In this document: in pieces, positions 52,551 through 61,600 of the stretch
How the letters are laid out: each line of letters starts with the position of its first letter
How positions within the stretch are numbered: the first letter of the stretch is position 1
Assembly (NCBI GenBank): GCA_963748015.1
Contig: CAVVHE010000004.1
Location: forward strand, 192,001 to 256,000
Source of the DNA: Terriglobia bacterium
GTDB taxonomy: Bacteria; Acidobacteriota; Polarisedimenticolia; Polarisedimenticolales; JAIQFR01
Direction: 5' to 3'
Length of the DNA stretch: 64,000 bases
The notes under the pieces: model-generated
What the model saw: only the letters and a program-made list of their open reading frames with translations
Told to the model about the DNA's origin: nothing
The model's database searches: none
Translations under genes and position numbers: made by a program

Positions 52551-53183
52551 ATGATCGGCAGGCTCACCGGAATCGTCGCGGAGTGCACGCCCGGCTCGGT
52601 CCTCCTCGACGTCGGCGGCGTCGGCTACTACCTCCAGATACCTCTCGGGACCTTCTACTCCCTGCGGGAGGGGGGCGGCGGGCCGGTCACGCTGCACGTC
52701 CACACTCACGTCCGGGAGGACGCCCTCCTGCTCTTCGGTTTCGCCGGCGCGGACGAGCGCCGGGCGTTCGAGCGCCTGATCGGGATCTCCGGCGTCGGCC
52801 CCCGGACCGCCCTGGCCGTGCTCTCCGGGATCGGCGTCCTGGACCTCGAGCGGGCGGTGCGCGAGGGGGACCGGGAGCAGCTCGAGAAGATACCCGGCAT
52901 CGGGCGGAAGACGGCGGAGCGCGTCATCCTCGAGCTCAAGGACCGACTCGACCGGGATTCCCGTGCCCGCCTCGGGCGGGCCGGGAGCGCGGCCGGAGGC
53001 CCCCAGCCGTACGATCCGCGCCCCCAGGGCATACGCGCGGATGCCGTCGCGGCCCTGGAGCACCTCGGTTACTCGCGGGACGCCGCGGCCCGGGCGGTGG
53101 ACGGCGCGATCGCCGCCTTGGGCGATACCGCCACCACGATCGAGGCCGTCCTGAGGGCCGCCCTGCGCGGCCTCGTGAGGTAG
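52551..53183 (+). CDS. ruvA: Holliday junction branch migration protein A
   Basis: [40 protein letters not shown]. Confidence 0.97.
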   Translation: MIGRLTGIVAECTPGSVLLDVGGVGYYLQIPLGTFYSLREGGGGPVTLHVHTHVREDALLLFGFAGADERRAFERLIGISGVGPRTALAVLSGIGVLDLERAVREGDREQLEKIPGIGRKTAERVILELKDRLDRDSRARLGRAGSAAGGPQPYDPRPQGIRADAVAALEHLGYSRDAAARAVDGAIAALGDTATTIEAVLRAALRGLVR

Positions 53184-53193
53184 CAGCGGCAAC

Positions 53194-54204
53194 GTGAGCG
53201 ACGACCGGCTCATCCGAGGAGAGGCCGAGGGGGACGACGCTTCGTTCGAGCCGACCCTTCGCCCCCGGACCCTGGCCGAGTACATCGGCCAGGAGGCCAT
53301 GAAGGCCAACCTCGCGGTGTTCCTGGAGGCGGCCCGGCAGCGAGGCGAGCCCCTCGACCACGTGCTGCTCTACGGCCCTCCCGGCCTCGGCAAGACGACC
53401 CTGGCCCACGTCATCGCTCGGGAGATGGCGGGGCAGATCCGGGTCACGTCGGGGCCTTCCATCGAGCGGCCCGGCGATCTCGCGGCGGTCCTGACGAACC
53501 TCCAACCGGGCGACGTGCTGTTCATCGACGAGATCCACCGCCTCGGCCACGTCATGGAGGAGATCCTCTACCCGGCAATGGAGGACTTCGCCATCGACCT
53601 CGTGATCGGCACCGGGCCCAACGCCCGCACGGTCAGGCTCGACCTGCCGCGCTTCACGCTGGTCGGAGCCACGACGCGCAGCGGGCTCCTTTCGGGGCCG
53701 CTCCGGGACCGTTTCGGCATCGTGCACCACCTCGAATACTACGGTCCCGGCGACCTCGCGACGATCGCCCGGAGGTCGGCCGGGATCCTGGGCATCCCGC
53801 TCGAGCCGGAGGGAGCCGAGGAGATCGCCCGGCGCTCGCGCGGCACCCCCCGGATCGCCAACCGCCTGCTCCGGAGGATTCGCGATTTCGCCCAGGTCGC
53901 CGGAGACCCCTCGATCACCGGGAAGGCGGCAACCGACGCGCTGGAGCGCCTCCAGGTCGACCGCTTCGGCCTCGACCACCTCGACCGGCGGATCCTCTCG
54001 ACCGTGCTCGACAAGTTCGACGGGGGCCCTGTCGGCCTCGCCACCCTGGCCGCCGCGGTCGGCGAGGACCCCGGCACCATCGAGGAGATCTACGAGCCAT
54101 ACCTCCTGCAGATCGGGTTCCTCGACCGCACGCCGCGCGGAAGGCGGACGACGCGGCGGGCGCGGGAGCACCTGCGCGGACACGACCCCTCCGCGCTGTT
54201 CTGA
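53194..54204 (+). CDS. ruvB: Holliday junction branch migration helicase B
   Basis: [52 protein letters not shown]. Confidence 0.98.
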   Translation: MSDDRLIRGEAEGDDASFEPTLRPRTLAEYIGQEAMKANLAVFLEAARQRGEPLDHVLLYGPPGLGKTTLAHVIAREMAGQIRVTSGPSIERPGDLAAVLTNLQPGDVLFIDEIHRLGHVMEEILYPAMEDFAIDLVIGTGPNARTVRLDLPRFTLVGATTRSGLLSGPLRDRFGIVHHLEYYGPGDLATIARRSAGILGIPLEPEGAEEIARRSRGTPRIANRLLRRIRDFAQVAGDPSITGKAATDALERLQVDRFGLDHLDRRILSTVLDKFDGGPVGLATLAAAVGEDPGTIEEIYEPYLLQIGFLDRTPRGRRTTRRAREHLRGHDPSALF

Positions 54205-54208
54205 TCAT

Positions 54209-55624
54209 GGTGGTGCGGAGCTTGTGAGTTCTGAGACGGGGGAGCGGCTTGTCTCGCGCCGCCGGTGCATGTCTTAGGGATGCTCGAAGCTCGGTCGGGG
54301 GGGTGTGCCAGGACGAGGCTCAGGCGGCGTGCCGGAGCCGGTGGCGGGTGTTCGCGGGCAGGACGGGAGTGAGCCAGTCTCGGCGATAGATCTCCATCCA
54401 AACTGGCGGCAGGCTCGCGTGCGAGACGAACAATCGCCGGCTCAGGACCCGTCGCCATGTCCAGGGAGTGTCGGCGAGTCCGAGGTGCATTGCGGGCGTG
54501 GTCCGATCGGGGCGACGCTCGGATCTCCCCTTGACGAGGTTTCGCCAGACGAGCGCCAGGAACAGTCGCTCCATGATGGCGTTGAGCCGACGCCCGAAGG
54601 CGATCGTCTCCCGCTTGTGGTTGGCAATGCTGTGGCGAAGGAGCGCGTGGAGTTGGTCGACGGCAAACATCGCCCCGTCCCGGGCAAGCGCCTCCGACGA
54701 GCGCGGGGATCCCTTTGGGCCGCGCCTGGGATTGGGGTGTATCTCGAGCCGGACCCTTGCCGACTCGTGGTGCCGGCAGACCGCGCGCGGGTAGTCCTCC
54801 TTCCCGTCGCAGGCCAGGCGTAGCGGCTGGCCGGAGGGCACCAGCGGCAGTAGGACGTCCAGTCCTCGCAGGAACGACCCCTCATACCCACCTCGCGTTG
54901 CCCTCCGGGGGCGCCGCCGGATCCGCTGCTCCTGCGCGGGAGTTCTCCTGCCCGTCCGGGCGTGAGGGGCGGGATCGACCCCGTACACGAACCAGGATTC
55001 GCGCCCCGCGGCGGTCCAGACGCCGAGAGGCAGGTCTTGCGAGAACTCGAAGGTCTCGAAGTGGTCGGAGGCGAATGCCTCGCGAACGCCGCTGCGCAAC
55101 GCGTCGAGAGCGAGCGCTTGGAGCAGCATGGCGTGGCGGCCGAGCCGGGCGCTGAGGCGGGTGACCGTGGACGGGGCGCAGCCGAGAGTCCGCGCGATCT
55201 GCCGGTGGGCGGACCCGGCGACGAGGCCGGCGGCGACGGGAATGAGCAGCTCGGGGCGCTTGAGGTAGTAGGACGTGGCGAAGGTCTTGCGAGAGAAGGT
55301 TCTAGCGCACCTCGAGCAACGGAATCGGGTTACTCGGCGGCCGCGCTTGTCGGCGTACTCCGCGTGCAGGCGGAATCGGTAAGGGGTCGAGCGGGGCAGG
55401 TGATCGGGACACTCGGGCCAAGGGCAATGGCGCGGCGCGAAGGCTCGCGAGTTCTCTACCGGTGTTTCTGGCCAGGTCACCCCCGAACGCATCGCAATCG
55501 ACGCGCCAACGCCTCGCCTCGGAAACCGGGGCCTTCTCGCACCCACACGCCGCCTGTTGTCCGCGGGCGGCCGCACGATGTCCGCCCTCGACGAACGCAC
55601 CGGCGCCACAAGCTTCGCACCACC
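54209..55624 (-). mobile_element. IS1-family-like insertion sequence, about 1.4 kb
   Basis: Terminal IRs GGTGGTGCGGAGCTTGTG (54209-54226) and CACAAGCTTCGCACCACC (55607-55624), one mismatch, enclosing one transposase-like ORF. Confidence 0.8.
54320..55492 (-). CDS. Putative DDE transposase (zinc ribbon, HTH, RNase H-like core)
   Basis: CPWPEC..CSRC, RQIARTLGCAPSTV HTH, SDHFE, CDG, TPAMHLGLAD..W; lies between IRs. Confidence 0.8.
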   Translation of the reverse strand: MRSGVTWPETPVENSRAFAPRHCPWPECPDHLPRSTPYRFRLHAEYADKRGRRVTRFRCSRCARTFSRKTFATSYYLKRPELLIPVAAGLVAGSAHRQIARTLGCAPSTVTRLSARLGRHAMLLQALALDALRSGVREAFASDHFETFEFSQDLPLGVWTAAGRESWFVYGVDPAPHARTGRRTPAQEQRIRRRPRRATRGGYEGSFLRGLDVLLPLVPSGQPLRLACDGKEDYPRAVCRHHESARVRLEIHPNPRRGPKGSPRSSEALARDGAMFAVDQLHALLRHSIANHKRETIAFGRRLNAIMERLFLALVWRNLVKGRSERRPDRTTPAMHLGLADTPWTWRRVLSRRLFVSHASLPPVWMEIYRRDWLTPVLPANTRHRLRHAA

Positions 55625-55627
55625 ATG

Positions 55628-55660
55628 AAAAAAAGGGGGAGGGACCGAAGTCCCTCCCCC
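55628..55660 (-). terminator. Intrinsic terminator of the subtilase gene
   Basis: Minus strand GGGGGAGGGAC-TTCG-GTCCCTCCCCC followed by T7. Confidence 0.9.
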
Positions 55661-55687
55661 ACGAGGTGTGAACCTATTCCCTAGAAA

Positions 55688-58600
55688 CTACGGGCAGGAC
55701 ACTCCGTCCGCGACGAGCTGCGCGTTCCGTCCAACCTTCTCCGACGCGGAGGCGTCGGTGTAGTTGTACGGGTTGACGTTGCAGGTCGCGCCGCGGCCGA
55801 GGAAGTAGAAGCCGTTGTTCGGCAGGACGGTGCTTCCGTCCGTCGTCGACGTGCCGAGCGTGTCGTTGAGGGTGCACGCCAGCGCACTGCCGGTGAACGT
55901 CTTCAGGTTGCGGAGAATGCCCAGGTCGCCACGGGTGACGTCGGTCCACCCGCTGCCGCCCCAGGCGATCGTGAGGTTCTGGTCCGGCTCGACGCCGCCG
56001 AGGCCGCCGGTCTTGGTGACCGACAGCGGTCCGGTCCAGGCGAGGGTTCCGGTGGTCGGGCAGCCGACCGTCACCACCGTGCTCGTCGTTCCTGCGCACG
56101 TGGAGAGGGTCGAGCAGCGTACGTCCACCGTGTAGTTCGTGGTCACCAGAGGCGTGTCGATCAGGCTCCCGAGGTCGGACCAGTCTTGGACGACCGTGGC
56201 GCCGACGGAGAACCTGTACTGCAGCACGCCGCCGACGCAACGATCCGCGGCGGACGAGCTGGCATCGAGCACGACCTGCTGGCCCGGGCCCGAGGAGGCG
56301 CCCGGAGTGGCAGCGAGGCTGGCGGTCACCGACGTGCAGGTGCTCGGGCACGCCGGGAGACCGGAGTTGGCGGCGACGTCCGCGGAAACGACGGCCGGCG
56401 AGGTCAGGGTGTTGGAAACCTGAACGTCGTCGATGAACCACCCGTCGTCCGTGGGCCTCGGCGCGAAGCTGGAACCGAGAGCGGCGATCGCGTCAGGAGC
56501 GTCGCCGACCTTGATGGTGGACACGAGCATGCGGAGCCGGGCGGCCCGGCCCTTGAACCGGTCGAGGTTGAAGCGGGTCTCGACCCAGTTGCCGCGGTTG
56601 ATGGAGCCCTGCAATCCGACCGGGTCGTCCGACGACCGCAGCGTGTTGCCGGCGATCCACGGGCTGCGCCAGTTGGTATCGCCCTGCTGCGAGAAGACGA
56701 ACTCCGGCATGCACGTCGAGGACGGCCCGTAGAACCGGTTCGGGTCCGCCGGGGCGAAGTAGCTGTCCTCGTCGTTGCCGTCATCGGTCGGGTCGAAGGT
56801 GCAGTTGATGTAGTTGTTGGTCGGCTGCACGTCGTAGATCTGCTGGTAGGGATACAGCTTCTGCCAGATACCCGCCGGGTTGCCCGTGAGAGGATCCGCG
56901 AGCTGCAGGTGCACGACCGCGCGGTCGGGACCCTGCAGGTAAGGCGAGTTGAGCACCCGGAAGTCCATCAGCGCGATCTGGTGCTTGAAGGAGAACTCCG
57001 GCTGCGCGGTGTACCCGAGGTACACCGGGGCTGCCATCGCGAGGGCCTGCAACGCGGACAGCGCTTCCGTGTCCCTGTCGGGGTCCGTCGAGACCTTGTG
57101 CCGGCCCCAGTGCACGGACTGGGAGCCGATGTAGGCGCGGCCGCCGTCCGAGTTGGACGTCCTGTGAACGTGCCAATCGAACGGGGCGATGACTCCGTAG
57201 GAGAAGCCGGGGTAGCAGTAGGTCTCTCCGTAGGAGTTCGAGTTCACGTAGTCCGGGTCGTTGTACGGGCAGCGGGTGCCGTTGGCCAGGACCGTGGACG
57301 CCGGCGGGTCGACGGCGGTGTAGGCCGAATCCAGCGACATCGACGTGAAGAGACCGAAGTCGCCGGGGCCGCCCGTTCCCTCGAAGCTCTCGAGGAACGT
57401 GCTCGGCGCCCCGCCGCCGGTGACGTCGAGGTCGAGGTCCTGGGTGATGGCCTGCGCGGACTCGGACGCGTCGAACTGGTCCGAGGACAGGGTGATGTTG
57501 AAGGCCGCGGAGATGTCGTTGAACTCCTGGCCTGCCAGGCGTACCGCTCCCGACGTCACCTTCCAGACGAACGGCGTCGGGATCTCGACCACCGCGCCGT
57601 TCGCGAGGGCCGGCAGCACGATCGAGGGCTGCAGGATGCAGTCCACGTACGGGCTGTTGCTGGCCAGCCGGGCGACGAGGTTGGTGATGGCCTTCCCGGT
57701 CTTGTTGGAGACGGTGATGTACATGTTCACCGTCTCGTTCGTGTCGGCGAACGCGTCGCCGTCACCCTTGCCCACGTCGTTCGTGATCCGGCTGCTCTTC
57801 ACGACCACGCGACCCGTGGACACGTTGAGCGTGACGTTGGCCTGGAGGAAGCCCCACAGGGTGGGGTTCGGGTTGGGCTGGCAGGGATTGCCGGTGCCGT
57901 CATCCGGGTCGTTGTACTGGATGATGGCGGTCGGCTGGACCGTGCCCTCGCGCCGGACGTAGAGCGTGCCCGGGGAGTTGTAGGCCGAGGAGACGGGCAG
58001 GTTCCCCTTGAACACGCGGGAGCCGGTGCTCGTCTCGTTGAGGGCCACCCACTCGCCGGTGGGCTCGGCAACGGAAGTGACCAGGACGTATACGTCTCGG
58101 GCACCGTTGCCGTCGCAGTCGACCACGTCGCCGACGTCGGTGTAGACGCCGTTGTGGTTGCAGTCGTTGTTGCCGCCCGCCGGCTTGCCCGGCGAGTAGT
58201 CGGTCACGGTGAGGTCGATCCGTCCGAGGCTCTGATAGGTCTGGGTGGTAGCGATGTCGAGCGTCGCGCACGCCCCGGTGGCGCACGTCGTCGTGGTGTC
58301 CTCTGCGACGCTGATTTCCTTCCACTCCAGGACCATGTCGTCGATCGCGACGCCGTAGCCCTTGACCTGGGGCGGGTTGCCGGGGATGTACTCGTTGACC
58401 ATGTAGCCCACGGCGCCCTGCCAGTTGATGCCGTCGTCACCGTAGGTGTCCTCGAAGGTCGTGAACCGGCCCTCGATGAAACCGTTGACGGCGGTCATGT
58501 TCATGTTGCGGATCGGCCCATTGAGCTTCACGAACTGGTCGGTCGTGGTGCCCGAGTCGAAGTTGCAGGTGCCGTCGTACTTCGGCGGCTGGCAGTCGGC

Positions 58601-61600
58601 TGCCGCGGTGGCCGCGGTGCAGGACGTCTGCTTGTCGTTCGGGTTCGCCGGCGCGTTGCACCACCCGTTCCGGAGGTCGTCGTCGACCGGGTGCGGGAAG
58701 ATCGGCGGAAGGATACGGCCCGCGGTGCCGGCATCCTCGAAGAGGCAGCAGTTCTTGGCTTCGCGGTTGCCGCCGATCGTGCCGTTCTGGGTCACGGAGT
58801 CGTTGTAGTCCGCGAACTGCGGGTAGCCGTTGAACAGCGGCCAGTTCCCGCCGGTGATCGCACCGAGCGGGCCCAGCATGCTGTTGAACCGCGCGTTGTC
58901 GCCGTTCAGCGTGACGGGCCGCAGGGCGTCCACGTCCGTGTCGAGCTCCCAGCTCAGGCGGGACCAGGAGTCGGGGATGTCGATCTCCATGTTCCACGCC
59001 CAGTTGGTGAACTGGGTGCGGTAGAGGTAGCGTCCTTCGGAGTCCGTCGCGAGATTGGGCTTCTGGACGATCGGGGTCTGGAGGTTCTCCCAGAAGAACC
59101 TGCCGCTGCCGGCAAGCGCCGCGATCGACTCGGTCCGCTGGCACTGGCCGAGCGTCGCGCCGTCGACCATGCACGCGACCGTCCCGCTGGCGGCGGGATC
59201 GTAGATCGTGCCCGTGTGCCAGATGCCGCCCGTCGGGTTGCCGCCCTTGGTCATCCAGCCGCAACCGCCGCGGGTGCTCCAGTTCTGGTCGAGCACGCCG
59301 TTGATCGGGTCGCGGTCCTCGCCCGTGTCGAGGGAGTTGTTGTAGTTGTAGTCCTCGCCCCAGTTCGCCGGGGTCGGGGAGAGCGTGGTCGTGCTGTTGA
59401 TGACGATGCCCGACGTGAACCCACCGTTGTTGGTGTCGAAGTTCCACGGAGCCTGGATTGCCATGTTGCGGGTTCCGCCCGCGGTGAGGTCGGACCAGGT
59501 CACCGTCTCGAAGTGGTAGTCATTGACGTTGTTGACGTCGCCGAGGAACGTCGTCGGGTTCTCGATCGTCTCGTTGTTGTTCCAGTCGTAGAGCTCGGTC
59601 ACGCCGCCGGTCGGGAAGTCCGTGGAGTAATACGTGGCCTGCTCGTTGGCGTTCAGCCAGGTCCGGTACACGACGAGCCCTTCGGCCGCCTTGCCCGACT
59701 TCTTGGCGGAGATGCCGAGGAGGAGGTCCGCGTCGTACAGCCCGGTGAAGTTCCCCATCTGGACGGTGAAGCTGATGGCGAACACCGGCGCGGTGAAGCG
59801 GTACTGCTGCGTCTCGAACAGGGACGGCACGAAGCCGATGGACTTCGGCGAGTCGAGCACCCTCATGATCGACTGGTCGACCACCGGGTTGTTGGTCCGG
59901 TTCGGGTCGGCGCAGTCTTTCGTGTAGGGGCGGCAGCTCTGCGGGCTGTCCGTGTCGTGCAGAACGGCCTTGAGGGACGCCTGGGCGTCCGTGAGGTCCA
60001 CGGTGTCGAACTGCCGGATGAACATCTGGAAGTCGACGAGCTCGCCGTGGTCCATGTACTGGTCGGGGTAGCCGTAGATCGCGGTGAAGTAGCCGCGGGC
60101 GTCGCGCTCGCAGCCGCCGTTCACCGCCGCGGAGGCGTCCTGGCCGTAGAGGGCGAACTTGGCCGCGCCGAACTCGAACTGCACGCGGCAATTCACCGTC
60201 TTGACGGCGGTGCGCGTGGCGCCGACGTCGCTATAGGTGACCTTGACGTACTGGCCGTCACGCACGTCCAGCGCGCTGTTCCCGGAATCCGGAACGGTGT
60301 TGGCGCTGATCGTCATCTCGTTCGACTTGTAGACGTTGGTGCCCGGGACCTGGACGAACGAGCCAACCTGCTCGGTGTCCACGACGACGTCGTCGACCGT
60401 GCCGTAGATCCGGTCCGTACCGGCATCCACGACCTGCACGACGGTGCGGGCCTTGATGATCGCGGGAGTGAGGGCGCCGAGCGGGTCCGCCACGTCCGCG
60501 AACTCGTCGATCACCACCTGGACCTTGTCGTTGCAGGCGATGTCGCCGCCGACGACGGTATCGGTGCCGCCGACGATGCGGTGGACGTCGATCCCGGCCC
60601 AGGAGCCGCGGCTCACGGCGCCCACGATCACGAGGGCGTAGTTCTGCGACACGGGGACGGTCGTCCCGATGACGCTCACCGTCCAGGTGCCGGTCTCGAG
60701 CTGGTTGGAGGCCGGATTGGTCGGGTTGAACTTCGGGGACAGGAAGATGGCCTCGGTCGGGTTCTTCCGGTCCCAGATGTTCGCGAGGGTCTGGTTCACG
60801 GCGTCGTACGGCAGGCTCCACCTGGACGGGTCGATGATCCCCGTCTGGCACCAGGGGGCGATCCTGCAGTCTTCACCGGCGTCCAGCACGCGGTTCCTCA
60901 GGAAGGGGGAGGCCGCGGGCGGGAAGTCGTCGACGAAGTAGTTGCCGATGTAGGTCTTGCCGGAAGGGGAGACGAGCTGGAGGTCCAGGTCGTTCGCCAT
61001 GAGGTCGCCGGCAGCCTCGACCCACGCGAGGCCGACCCTCAGCTCGTGGGACGTGTCGTTCACGGTGAACGAGTAGGACTGGGTGCTGGCCGCGGTGATC
61101 GTGCCCGTGATCCCCGGGAGCATGTCGTTCCGGCCGCCGGGAATTCCGCCGTCCGCGATGATCATCGAGGGCGGGGTCTGGTACGTGGTGAGCGGCAGCA
61201 CGTTGCTCAGCTGGATGCGCCCGTACCCCTGCTCGTAGTTGAAGCGGTACTTCGCGTTCAGGCGAGGGGCGTTCTCGAGGAAGAGGCCGTCCATGAACTC
61301 GCCCGAGAGCATCAGGACCGACTTGAGCAGCGCGCCGGAGATGTTGGGAACCTGGTCGGCGGCGTTGCCGGGGTTGGTCGAGGTGCCGTCGGGGTAGAAG
61401 CCCTGGGCGAAGTAGTCGCGAACCAGCAGGCCCGCCCCGGCGGCCGCGGCGGACGAGAAGCTGCTGCCGCCCTGGCCGGAGGGGATGTCGCACTGGACCG
61501 GGTTGAGCTGGTCGTTGTCGTTCGACCGGCAGGCGTACGTGGAGCCGACGCCCAGCGCGCCGAGGTCCGAGCCGGGCGCCCGGACGAGCGGCGTGATTCG

